Assembly (NCBI GenBank): GCA_964365855.1
Contig: CAYIRC010000002.1
Location: forward strand, 1,781 to 65,780
DNA: 64,000 nt
DNA from: Candidatus Woesearchaeota archaeon
GTDB lineage: Archaea > Nanobdellota > Nanobdellia > Pacearchaeales > GW2011-AR1
Reading direction: 5' to 3'
The notes under the pieces are model-generated. The model made no database searches. It was not told the origin of the DNA and saw nothing but the letters and a program-made list of their open reading frames with translations. Positions 10,701 to 19,516 of the stretch are shown one piece after another (within the stretch, counting starts at the first letter, position 1; every line of letters starts with the position of its first letter). The position numbers were made by a program, and so were the translations under genes.

Positions 10701-11165
10701 GCCGGACATGAATGTGCTTGGCTTTTCTAATTTAACTCTTTCAATTGTTTCCCCGCAATATGGGCATTTTTTTGCATCTCGCGCTTTCTTGGCTCTTATG
10801 CTCGGGCTCAACTCTTTTTGTTTTTCATCGCTAAGTGTAAGCTTTCCGCAATATGGGCAGAAGCTTCTCAAAGACAGTTCAATTAGAGGAATATATTTTA
10901 TATGCAAAAGAGGCCTTGCCAATTCAATATGCCCGGGATGCCCGGGACATTCTTTTATTCTTTTTCCGCAGGTTCTGCATCTTACCCCTGGGTCTATTGC
11001 TCCCAATCTCAAATCCATTAATCCTCCATCAACTGGGAACCCATCAATATCATAAAGTTCAGGTGTGACAATCTTTGCAGAGCTCATTTTTTTAATCTGC
11101 TCGGGGCTAAGAAGACTAAACCTTAATGCTCTGACCTGTTTCCTGAAATGTAACTTTCTCATCAT
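7713..11165 (-). CDS. rpoA: DNA-directed RNA polymerase subunit A, with A' and A'' apparently fused in one 1150-aa ORF
   Basis: N-terminal zinc motif CRTCGKRIKECPGHPGHIEL, NADYDGDE active site, and a C-terminus (GVTRMGIISDKASILARATFETPDKQIINATMHGGRDELKSVIENILLNQPIPVGTG) typical of A''. There is no stop between them. Confidence 0.9.
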   Translation of the reverse strand: MMRKLHFRKQVRALRFSLLSPEQIKKMSSAKIVTPELYDIDGFPVDGGLMDLRLGAIDPGVRCRTCGKRIKECPGHPGHIELARPLLHIKYIPLIELSLRSFCPYCGKLTLSDEKQKELSPSIRAKKARDAKKCPYCGETIERVKLEKPSTFMSGKKRLSPIEIRERLVNIPDDEFKKIGINPKTCRPEWAILSLLLVPSVTVRPSITLESGERSEDALTHKLSDIIRSNQRLWENLNAGAPEVIIEDLWDLLQYHITTFFDNNTPKIPPARHRSGQPLKTMTDRIKGKEGRIRHNLAGKRVNYSGRTVISPDPCIKLNEIGIPYEVAKIITVAESVTTMNIEEMKELIRRGANYPGANYVIRTDGKKKRITDDLKEELCIEIQPGYKIERHLRDGDIVLFNRHPSLHKQSLMAHYVRVLPNRTFRLHPGAAEPYNADYDGDECNIHSPQTEEALAEAKILLDVSKNIISSKNNMNLIGTKADAVTGAYILSKSKLTKEEADQLLFSSGVMNLAKGKEISGREVFSQILPKGSSIKVHEEITGANSFGVEDGEMVKIIDRESGRDITMETIDKAFRLGTTYLSRKGYTLSVQDLSVSEKVKKMTDEVVVAAEKKTAEIIKEYESGNLILIPGKTLEETRETRISQVLNEVRTESGRIVQSNFPVDGNVNKMITPKAAGSMLNITQIGCCVGQQILWNKRVSFGYTNRTLSFFKEGDLSPEARGFIKSAFFNGLKPSEFFFGAITGRDSLMDTALRTPKSGYLYRRLVSALQDLKVEYDGTVRDASENIIQFVWGDDGKDVSKLHLKENKVAPGEAVGVVTAQSFGEASTQMVLRVFHHAGVAQMQITLGLPRLIEILDARKIPSTPSMEIYLERGFNNEKEARVIAEKIKEVKLKEIISEIKIDFGNKKIEIELDAKALKSVHVGAQKIIERLNEKLINAKGKDFKISINVSDLDFKAIYKLKEKLKDTIISGVKGITQVVVSNKGKDFIVLTAGSNMKEVREIKGVDKDRMTSNDIYDVNNVLGIEAARQTIINEIKKIIESQGLDINERHLKLVADSMTSSGVIKGVTRMGIISDKASILARATFETPDKQIINATMHGGRDELKSVIENILLNQPIPVGTGLPGLLVRVTGPLVNKELEKEKKKKED

Positions 11166-14100
11166 TGCTCGTATTTATTCTTTAATTCAAAGCTGGTATG
11201 AATGCCAAATCCTAATAACTCATCTACCAGTAATTTAAATGCATATGAAATCTCAATAGGGTCTGATTCTGCACCACCGCATAATGGGCATACTGTCTTA
11301 TTTCTTATAGTATCTTCATATCCAATGCTTCCGCAGTGTTTGCATACAAATATAACAGTTTTATCAGAATCATATCTTTCTTTCAACAGCAATGAAGCTC
11401 CATGTCCTGCCAATGCTTGCTGCTCCATTTCTCCTAATCTTAATCCTCCGCCTCTTGCTCTTCCTTCAATTGGTTGTCTTGTAAGCAGAGCAACTTTTCC
11501 AGATGCTCTTGCATGCAATCTATTTTTTACCATATATTTTAATTTCAAATAATACATATTCCCAATGTAGATTTTAGCATCCATTTTCTTTCCAGTTATT
11601 CCATTGTACATTGTTTCTTTTCCGTCGTAACTAAAGCCCATTTCTTTCAATTGTACTTCTAATTCTCCAACACTCTGTCCAGTAAAAGGAGTGCCATCAA
11701 TTATTTTTCCAGTTGTTGCAGCAGTTTTGCCTGCAAGCAATTCTATTAAGTAACCGATAGTCATTCTGCTAGGTATACCATGAGGATTGAACATTAAATC
11801 TGGCCTGACTCCTCTTACTGTGAATGGAATATCCTCCCCATTTGCAATTAGTCCAACAACTCCTTTCTGTCCATGGGGTGTAGAGAATTTGTCTCCTGGT
11901 TCTGGCAATCTTGAATCTCTTGTTCTTACTTGCGCAATTTTATTTCCTTCATGGTCAGCTGTAATAAAAACAGCATCAACAGTTCCTCTTTCTTCTTGCC
12001 TTATTGCCGAGCTTGCTTCTTTCTTTGCTTGTATGCTAATATCTTTTGCCTCACTTAAGAATTTAGGAGGAGTTAGTTTTCCAATTATAACATCACCTTC
12101 ATTCATATCAGCTTCAGGATATGCAATTCCATCATCTTCTAAAAATTTATATGAGGCTTCTGTTCTGTATCCTGAAACGTCTTTTTGAGGCACTGTAATC
12201 TCATCTGCTAACCCGCCAGCATACTGTAATTCAGTCGCAGAATATGGCCGGAAATAAGTGCTTCTTCCCATTCCTCTGTCAACACTTGCTTTGTTTAGAA
12301 CAACAGCATCTTCAATATTATACCCTTCATATGGCATTATTGCAACAATAATATTTTGTCCTGAAGGATAAACAGCTAAAGTATCATATACAAAGCTTCT
12401 TACAAGAGGCTTTTGTGGATAATGAAGAATAGAAACATCTGTATCTAATCTTACAAGATAATTTGCAGCATAAATCCCAAGCGATTGCTTTAATGTCTTG
12501 CTTCCTCTAAGTAGCCTGGATGACTGGTCGTGGTTTGCAAATGGAACAAGGCTTGTTATTACGCCAAATAAATCAATAGGATTAATTTCCAAGTGAGTAT
12601 GGTCTTTAGTTATTTCTTCTGTTCTTAAAGCAACTAATGCATTTTCTTCTTCAGCAGCATCAATGTATTCAATTAGTCCTTCATTAAGAAGATCTTTCCA
12701 TTTTATTTTATTTTCTTCCAATAAAACAAAATGTTCATCTTTTAATTTACTTGCTCCATTTTCTACAACAATTAGTGGCCTTAATACTCTTCCAACTTCA
12801 GTTGACATTGTAATCTGGCCTAGTAATTTACTGCTCCTTGTACTTAATTCCTTTGGAAATTCATCAGCTCTTCTTTTTTCTCTAACCCTCTTTGTAAAAT
12901 CCTCATTAGCAAAGCCGATAAATCTTCCATTAAAGAATACATCAAAGTCTCTATTTTCTTTAACTAATCCGCAATCTATAAATTTCTTCATTAAAGAATT
13001 TTCATCAAAACTTATAGCAGTAGATATTTTAGCCATAATAGCTAAATTTTTTCTCAATCCAATCTCTGTTCCTTCAGGTGTTTCTGTTGGGCAGAATCTT
13101 CCATAATGGGTTGGATGTAACGTCCTTGCCATGAAGTTTTCCTGCTCCCCCGGCAAAGTACTGGAAACTCTTTGAAGTTGTGATAGCATTGCGAGATAGT
13201 TTGTTTTGTCCATATTTTGTGTGACTCCTGTTTTCTCGCCAATCCATGAGCCTGTGGCAATTGCACTTTCAATTCTTTGGCTGAATAAAGTTGACTTTGC
13301 TATTGTCTTGACAGAATAAAATTTTTTTCTTCTCGCAACTTTTTGCAATGAATATTGTATATCTCTAACAAGAATACCCATATTAACTCTGAATAAATCT
13401 GTCATTAAGTCACCAGAAAGCTTTACTCTTTTGTTTGCGTAATGATCTTTATCAGTTCTTATCTTATTATCTTCCTTTGCTTTTAGATAAATTCTCAAAA
13501 GCCTGCCCAAAGTAGCTGCTTTTTCATTTCGTGCATTTTTATCAAGTCCTATATGGGGTAATAGAAAAGAGTCCATTCTTTGCTTTACCCTGTCAAGAAT
13601 TTCTTTTTTAGTGCCTTGAATATTAGACTTCTCAGCAATATATACCATTGCATCTTCTGTATTTTGTATATTTGCAAATTCATAAAGATTAACAATCAAG
13701 CAATCATTTTCATATCCTATAACTTTTGCTATTTCAGCCTCTTTTGTCATTCCAAGTGCTTTGAGAACAACAATTAGAGGAATATTTTTTAATCGGCTAA
13801 ACGTAAGTTCAAGAATTCCTTCATTTGTTTCTGAAATAGTTGTAGGTATTCTGTAGGACCCTCTTTGTGAAAATACCCTTAGTGTTAATCCCAATCTTCC
13901 TTCCTCAATGAACGGTTGGTTTGGAGCAAGGTCCTCGCTCATTACCATTACTCTCTCATTTCCATTGATTATAAAATAACCTCCGCAATCAAGCGGGTCC
14001 ATATAATTTGCTATTAATTCATCTTTGCTCATGCCATATGTATTGCATGCAGCGCTTCTTACCATAACAGGTATTCTTCCAATTTCAACTTCAGAACTGT

Positions 14101-14407
14101 CGCTTTGGTCGCCATATTTTACAGTTAGTTCAGTATATAATGGTGCGGCATAAGTAAGATTTCTAAGCCTGGCAATAGCAGGTGTAACAATTGTTGCGCT
14201 TCCATCAGCTTCGATAATATTTGGTTTCTCTATTCTGATTTTGCCAATTTTTATTTCAACCTCTTCATTGTTTATAGTTTCATTAATTTCATTAATAATG
14301 TGCTGCATTTTATTATTAATAAAGTCATTAAAAGAAATAATGTTAGATTCAACTAGCGAATGCTGTTCTAAATACTTTTTAATTATAATATTTTTATGTT
14401 TTTGCAT
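11162..14407 (-). CDS. rpoB: DNA-directed RNA polymerase subunit B (unsplit)
   Basis: 1081 aa; GDKFSTPHGQKGVVG, NPHGIPSRMTIG and a C-terminal zinc ribbon CKHCG...CPLCG. Confidence 0.95.
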   Translation of the reverse strand: MQKHKNIIIKKYLEQHSLVESNIISFNDFINNKMQHIINEINETINNEEVEIKIGKIRIEKPNIIEADGSATIVTPAIARLRNLTYAAPLYTELTVKYGDQSDSSEVEIGRIPVMVRSAACNTYGMSKDELIANYMDPLDCGGYFIINGNERVMVMSEDLAPNQPFIEEGRLGLTLRVFSQRGSYRIPTTISETNEGILELTFSRLKNIPLIVVLKALGMTKEAEIAKVIGYENDCLIVNLYEFANIQNTEDAMVYIAEKSNIQGTKKEILDRVKQRMDSFLLPHIGLDKNARNEKAATLGRLLRIYLKAKEDNKIRTDKDHYANKRVKLSGDLMTDLFRVNMGILVRDIQYSLQKVARRKKFYSVKTIAKSTLFSQRIESAIATGSWIGEKTGVTQNMDKTNYLAMLSQLQRVSSTLPGEQENFMARTLHPTHYGRFCPTETPEGTEIGLRKNLAIMAKISTAISFDENSLMKKFIDCGLVKENRDFDVFFNGRFIGFANEDFTKRVREKRRADEFPKELSTRSSKLLGQITMSTEVGRVLRPLIVVENGASKLKDEHFVLLEENKIKWKDLLNEGLIEYIDAAEEENALVALRTEEITKDHTHLEINPIDLFGVITSLVPFANHDQSSRLLRGSKTLKQSLGIYAANYLVRLDTDVSILHYPQKPLVRSFVYDTLAVYPSGQNIIVAIMPYEGYNIEDAVVLNKASVDRGMGRSTYFRPYSATELQYAGGLADEITVPQKDVSGYRTEASYKFLEDDGIAYPEADMNEGDVIIGKLTPPKFLSEAKDISIQAKKEASSAIRQEERGTVDAVFITADHEGNKIAQVRTRDSRLPEPGDKFSTPHGQKGVVGLIANGEDIPFTVRGVRPDLMFNPHGIPSRMTIGYLIELLAGKTAATTGKIIDGTPFTGQSVGELEVQLKEMGFSYDGKETMYNGITGKKMDAKIYIGNMYYLKLKYMVKNRLHARASGKVALLTRQPIEGRARGGGLRLGEMEQQALAGHGASLLLKERYDSDKTVIFVCKHCGSIGYEDTIRNKTVCPLCGGAESDPIEISYAFKLLVDELLGFGIHTSFELKNKYEQ

Positions 14408-14408
14408 C

Positions 14409-14615
14409 TTAAACTATTACCCTAAATGATACTACATTTCCATTCTTTTCTTTGCGCTCTATTTTTATTACATCCCCTCTTTGGCAGCCTTCCGGAATTG
14501 CAGAGTCTTCAGATTTTATTTTTGGTAATTGTGATAGAGAAACATTATATTGCTCAAGCAACTCTTTGGTTTCTTCAGGTTTTAATTTTGTATGTTTGGG
14601 CTGTAGGATATGCAT
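14409..14615 (-). CDS. rpoH: DNA-directed RNA polymerase subunit H (Rpb5-like)
   Basis: 68 aa; LQPKHTKLKPEE...LPKI...GDVIKIERK...FRVIV; immediately upstream of rpoB. Confidence 0.85.
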   Translation of the reverse strand: MHILQPKHTKLKPEETKELLEQYNVSLSQLPKIKSEDSAIPEGCQRGDVIKIERKEKNGNVVSFRVIV

Positions 14616-14787
14616 TTGGAGATATTTATCTTCCAGTAATAATCTCAGGACTCTGGAATTATAAAAATTATAAGACTGGCTTTTTAAATCTTTCGAAGAT
14701 TGCTACTCCTAAGTCTAAAGTTAATTCTCTCTCATTTTTTAAATCTATAATCATTTTATATGCATTATTCTTTATAATTATTTCGCT

Positions 14788-14840
14788 ATGTCAAGGAACT
14801 TGACAAAACTACACCATTTATGGTGTGTAGTTCCTTGAGC
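14788..14840. repeat. palindromic element (ATGTCAAGGAACTTGAC...GGTGTGTAGTTCCTTGA) in the divergent rpoH / surface-protein promoter region
   Basis: Long imperfect hairpin. It shares the ATGTCAAG / GTCAAG-N3-CTTGAC core with the elements at 35975-36066 and 57404-57493. Confidence 0.4.
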
Positions 14841-14979
14841 ACAAGAAAATCATGATTTTCAGGTTCATTAAATTTGCTAGAAGCAAATTTAAGACATCCA
14901 AAAAACTCACAAACTCATCAGAGTTTTTTTGATTTTGGCTATTCTGAATATTTATAAATATTCAAGCTTTACGAAAGAT

Positions 14980-17235
14980 ATGAAAAAGCGGGGATTAAGC
15001 AGTGTTGTTGCCACATTATTGCTTATTTTATTAGGCTTAGCTGGTGCAACAGGTATTTATATTGCCGTTAAATCTTTTACATCTTCAAATCTTGATAACA
15101 ATGAAAATCAAGTAGCACCTGTATGCTACGCACTGGATTATAAAGTTGATAATTATACATGCACATCTAATGGTATCATTTCTCTGGCATTAAGAAATAC
15201 AGCCAGGGAAAAAATTGACAGCTTTATAATTGAAGATTATACTAATAAAAAAGTCTTGATTAATTTAGGGTGGCTTGATCTTTATGCCAACAAAACTTTT
15301 TTAGGTTCTCCTTTGATTTCTGCACAAAACTTGGATAAAATTGCAATCATCCCAACTAGGCTTGGAAATAATTGCACAAATATGAAAATGGTCATTAATT
15401 TAAATTGTATAGAATATGCCGATAACATCCTGAAAAATGGTGATTTTGAATATGGACTGCAGTGCTTTAATATATACAACAGAAAATATGCAGGCAGTGC
15501 ATACAATCCCCGTTTTGGCGCATTTGAATTTTCTATATCGCAAGAGACAAGTTCAGAAAAATATGCTGTAAAAATCTCGTGCAATGGGGATGATTGCATT
15601 AGCAATTCTCAAGGCAACAGGGAAGCAGACGTACATACTGATATCTTTTATACTCCAGATAATAAGAAATATAATTTAACAATAGATTACAAATGCACTT
15701 CGGGAGTAGATGCTTTCCCAGTTCTTTATTACAGCGATATTTTAAAAGATATGTGGGGTCTTGGAACTTTGTATAGGTTCAATTGCAATAATGAGTGGAA
15801 TTCTGCAAAAATAGGATTTATCTCAAAAGGAAATCATCTTCAGCTTTATATTAAAATGAAAGTCAAGCCAGAAGCAGAGTATCAAAATGGACAAGAGCTT
15901 ATTATTGATAATATTGTTTTGGATTACAAAGAAAGAAACATGCTGTTAGCCAATTCAAAATATATTGGTAGAAGAAATGCAAAATTGGAAAATAATCTCC
16001 TTTATGTTGATAACAAGCCTTATTTTCCTCTTGTAATATGGAATGTTCCTTATGAAGCTCTTGAAGAAGTGAAAAGCTGGGGCGCAAATGCTGTTTTTTC
16101 TGTTTCTAATTATGCCACAGAGGACTGCTTTAATACAGAACAAGGAGTTTATATGGATAAAGCATATGAGTTAGGATTAAATGTGATTGGAGAATCAGCA
16201 ATGACTGCAAGATTAAAAAATGCAGAAATAATGCCTGTTTCAGTAGAAAAATTTTCAAACCATCCTTCTATTATTGCATGGCAGATTGCAGATGAGCCAG
16301 AGCATCAATTTCCTGATTTGAAAATACCTGCAGATACGCTTAAATCGCAATATGATTCACTAAAGCTTTCTGGCTTAACTTTGCCTATATGGGCTAATCT
16401 ATATCATACTAGCCAAACTTTTATTTCCTATACGCCCAACCCCGGGGGTGAAGGATGTTACCTCTGGGAAAAGGAATCTGATATTACATCACGCCTAAGC
16501 GCATACAGCAATGCTGTTGATTTCTGGGCAGTTGAGCCTCAAATAATGGAAGAATTTGACTTTTTATTTCAAGCCAAAAGAATAAAAAGAATGAATAGGG
16601 CAAACGAAAATATGCTTTTATGGACTGATTTATTCCCGTATATAGGATCAGAGCTGAAAACAGACCAGCCTGCTTTAGTAGAGATGGGTTATTTTTCTAT
16701 TATAACGGGCGGCAAAGGCATCTTGATTGATGGCTATGATACTCTTTCTTATCCTGACAGGCAAAATAGAATTTTATATGTAAAACAATTGTTTAAAGAG
16801 CTAAGCAATAATAATAATGAACTGGCAGATGCTGTTCTTAGCGAGGATATAACAAGCCAATTCGAGGCAAATCCAAGATTCAAATTAGACTATAAATGGA
16901 GTTACAGCGAGAGATGCCAAGCAAATATTGAATATTTAACAGAAGTGTCTAAAGGAATAGATTTTATTGCAAAAAGAAAAGATGGAAAAATATACATTAT
17001 TGCAGTTAATCCTTACGATGCTATAAAAGATGCTGAGTTTAGCTCGCCTTTATTAAATGGAAAAACCAAAGTTAAAGTAATGTTTGAAGAAAGGGAGATA
17101 CCAATAAGCCAGGATTCAACAGGCAAAATCTATTTCACAGACCGTTTTGAAAAAACATTCAATCTAGTTAAAAGCGACGGCAGTTCAAGCTCTGTTACAA
17201 ATGGCATAGAAAGGCATGTTTATATTATTGAATAA
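14980..17235 (+). CDS. surface protein with an archaeal class III (prepilin-type) signal peptide, a CBM-like region and a clan GH-A-like TIM-barrel glycosidase domain
   Basis: The likely start MKKRGLSSVVATLLLILLGLAGATG at 14980 is a class III signal peptide (the ORF-track start at 14929 looks too early). NGDFEYG is a CBM4/9-like motif; IIAWQIADEPE resembles the NEP catalytic motif of GH-A clan hydrolases. Confidence 0.6.
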   Translation: MKKRGLSSVVATLLLILLGLAGATGIYIAVKSFTSSNLDNNENQVAPVCYALDYKVDNYTCTSNGIISLALRNTAREKIDSFIIEDYTNKKVLINLGWLDLYANKTFLGSPLISAQNLDKIAIIPTRLGNNCTNMKMVINLNCIEYADNILKNGDFEYGLQCFNIYNRKYAGSAYNPRFGAFEFSISQETSSEKYAVKISCNGDDCISNSQGNREADVHTDIFYTPDNKKYNLTIDYKCTSGVDAFPVLYYSDILKDMWGLGTLYRFNCNNEWNSAKIGFISKGNHLQLYIKMKVKPEAEYQNGQELIIDNIVLDYKERNMLLANSKYIGRRNAKLENNLLYVDNKPYFPLVIWNVPYEALEEVKSWGANAVFSVSNYATEDCFNTEQGVYMDKAYELGLNVIGESAMTARLKNAEIMPVSVEKFSNHPSIIAWQIADEPEHQFPDLKIPADTLKSQYDSLKLSGLTLPIWANLYHTSQTFISYTPNPGGEGCYLWEKESDITSRLSAYSNAVDFWAVEPQIMEEFDFLFQAKRIKRMNRANENMLLWTDLFPYIGSELKTDQPALVEMGYFSIITGGKGILIDGYDTLSYPDRQNRILYVKQLFKELSNNNNELADAVLSEDITSQFEANPRFKLDYKWSYSERCQANIEYLTEVSKGIDFIAKRKDGKIYIIAVNPYDAIKDAEFSSPLLNGKTKVKVMFEEREIPISQDSTGKIYFTDRFEKTFNLVKSDGSSSSVTNGIERHVYIIE

Positions 17236-17265
17236 GCTTAAATAAAACAAAACAATTAATTAGTT

Positions 17266-18420
17266 ATGGGCATAATCAAGAATTTAGAGTCACTATTGTT
17301 AAGCACTTTTTTAACTATATGCACAGCTGGGGCGGATTTTCTAGAAAGAAATGTTTGTGACTTTCCTGGATATCAATTCAATCCAAGAGTTAGCAAGAAC
17401 AACAAGGTTGTATGGGTGGATGCAAGAGAAGGATTTTATCTGAGCATTTACGGAAAAGAGCTTCCAGATAGAGGAGAAATTAAGATTTCACAACAAGATA
17501 GATGGTGGGATTCAATGCCATCCATAGAGAATGATAATGTGGTGTGGTTTTCTTATCCTCAAATTGTGCCTACTGGACAGCTGTACAAAAGAAGATGGAA
17601 TTATGAAAATGAAAAACCACTTTTAGAGATAATAAGCTATCCAGGAGATTTTATTCCAATAATAAGCAGAAATATTGTTGCATTATCCTCTTTTAATCCT
17701 GAAGAAAATAAAAGCAAGGTTTCTTTTTTGGATTTAGAAACAGAAACAATGCTTCCAGGAAATATTGAGTATTCTGGCTTTTCTCCAATATCTTTCTCTG
17801 AAGAGTGGACTAGTTGGAATGAAGATGGAAACATTTTTGCATATAATTATCTAACAAAGGAAAAAAGACAGATTACATTTGATAATTTAAGTAAAAGCAA
17901 TCCATTCACAGATGGAAAAACAATTGCTTATGCTCGTTTATGTGAAGATGGCAAAAAGCATGTTTTTGCATATGATTTAGAAACTAAGCAAAAAAGGCAG
18001 CGAACAAACTTTCCAAGCAACCAGGATATCCAAGCTGTTCTTGGAAAAAGGATTGCATTTTCGGATGACAGGCAGGGAAACAATAATTATATCCTTGCTG
18101 TGCAGGATTGCATAAACGGAGAAAGGATTATATGCAGCAAGCAAGGAATTACAGGAGAGCTGTCAATGTCAGATGAATGGCTTGTTTATACAAGGAAAAT
18201 TAATGAGCAAACTGATGTTTTTGCAGCAAGGGTGAATGACGGAGCAGATGTTAATGGCGATTGCAGAGTTGATGTTCTTGATTTGCTTTGTGTAAGAAAT
18301 AAATTGGGGCAAAATCCTGAAACAGGAGAAAATTGGAAAGCAGATGTTAATTTAGATGGAAAGGTTGATGTTTTGGATTTAATTAAAGTAAGAAATAATC
18401 TTGGGGCACATTGTCATTGA
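17266..18420 (+). CDS. secreted beta-propeller (TolB/PD40-like) protein with two C-terminal dockerin-type repeats
   Basis: N-terminal signal peptide, a KRIAFSDDRQGNNNYIL propeller-like segment, then DVNGDCRVDVLDLLCVRNKL and DVNLDGKVDVLDLIKVRNNL, which match the dockerin type I D-x-N-x-D-G-x-V-D repeat. Confidence 0.6.
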   Translation: MGIIKNLESLLLSTFLTICTAGADFLERNVCDFPGYQFNPRVSKNNKVVWVDAREGFYLSIYGKELPDRGEIKISQQDRWWDSMPSIENDNVVWFSYPQIVPTGQLYKRRWNYENEKPLLEIISYPGDFIPIISRNIVALSSFNPEENKSKVSFLDLETETMLPGNIEYSGFSPISFSEEWTSWNEDGNIFAYNYLTKEKRQITFDNLSKSNPFTDGKTIAYARLCEDGKKHVFAYDLETKQKRQRTNFPSNQDIQAVLGKRIAFSDDRQGNNNYILAVQDCINGERIICSKQGITGELSMSDEWLVYTRKINEQTDVFAARVNDGADVNGDCRVDVLDLLCVRNKLGQNPETGENWKADVNLDGKVDVLDLIKVRNNLGAHCH

Positions 18421-18483
18421 CTATTTAATCAAGAAAATAAGCTCTTTTAACAAAGCCCATATTGTAGAAAGGTTTTTTAATCC

Positions 18484-18510
18484 CATTTATATTTTTAATA
18501 TATAAAGAGG
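18484..18510 (+). promoter_or_regulatory. putative A/T-rich TATA-like promoter plus a purine-rich SD-like AAGAGG upstream of gap
   Basis: TTTATATTTTTAATATATAAAGAGG immediately upstream of the ATG at 18518. Confidence 0.25.
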
Positions 18511-18517
18511 AATTAAA

Positions 18518-19516
18518 ATGAGGATTGCAATTAATGGATTTGGCAGAATAGGCAGGCAATTTTTTCTTGCATCTTTAGAAAAAGGAATGCTGAACGAGAT
18601 TATTGCAATAAATGATATTGGCACATTGGACAATCTAACATATCTCCTTAAGTATGATTCTATTCATGGCAAAAGGGATGAAAAAATTTTATTTAAAGGA
18701 AATGAATTGATTGTTGAAGGAAAAAATATTTTATTCTTTAATGAAAAAGAGCCGGAAAATCTTCCTTGGAAGAAACTTAATATAGATTTAGTTATAGAAT
18801 CCTCCGGATTATTCACAACAAAGCAAGATGCAGAGAAGCATATAAAAGCAGGAGCAAAGCGAGTATTAATTACAGCCCCCGGAAAAGAAGGCATAGATAC
18901 AACAATAATTCCGGGTGTTAACGAAAGAACACTGAAAAAAGAGCATGAAATTATATCAATGGCTTCCTGTACTTCAAACTGTGTTGTGCCTATGGCAAAA
19001 GTTTTGAATGATTGCTTCAAGATTGAAAAAGGATATATGGTAACTACACATGCTTTCACAGCAGACCAAAAAATAGTTGATGCTCCCCATAAAGATTTTA
19101 GGAGAGGAAGAACAGCATCGGTAAATATTATCCCAACAACAACAGGTGCGGCAAAAATGATAGGAGAAGTTATTCCAGAATTGAAGGAAAAAATAGATGG
19201 CTATGCTCTTAGGGTTCCTGTCGCTGATGGCTCTATAGTTAATCTAACTTTATTTGTTAAAAAACAGGCATCTGAAGCACAAGTGAATGATGCTTTCAGA
19301 GAAGCATCTAAAAAAGAATTGAAGGGGATAATTGAATATTGTTCAGAGCCAATAGTGTCTTCAGACATAATTCATAATTCTTCTTCATGCATTTTTGACT
19401 CTCTGTTTACTAAATGTATAGGCAAGATGATTAATGTTATTGGATGGTATGATAATGAGTGGGGTTATTCGTGCAGGTTAGTTGATTTATGCAAAATAAT
19501 TGAAAAGTTAAAATGA
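18518..19516 (+). CDS. gap: glyceraldehyde-3-phosphate dehydrogenase, type I (bacterial/eukaryal type)
   Basis: INGFGRIGRQ NAD-binding motif and the ASCTSNCVVP active-site signature (ASCTTNC) of type I GAPDH, not the archaeal type II. Confidence 0.92.
   Translation: MRIAINGFGRIGRQFFLASLEKGMLNEIIAINDIGTLDNLTYLLKYDSIHGKRDEKILFKGNELIVEGKNILFFNEKEPENLPWKKLNIDLVIESSGLFTTKQDAEKHIKAGAKRVLITAPGKEGIDTTIIPGVNERTLKKEHEIISMASCTSNCVVPMAKVLNDCFKIEKGYMVTTHAFTADQKIVDAPHKDFRRGRTASVNIIPTTTGAAKMIGEVIPELKEKIDGYALRVPVADGSIVNLTLFVKKQASEAQVNDAFREASKKELKGIIEYCSEPIVSSDIIHNSSSCIFDSLFTKCIGKMINVIGWYDNEWGYSCRLVDLCKIIEKLK

Noticed and set aside
7750-14429. Numerous plus-strand ORFs (60-170 aa) inside rpoA and rpoB
   Set aside because: They lie antisense to long, well-supported RNAP genes and have low-complexity S/L/I-rich translations typical of AT-rich antisense frames.
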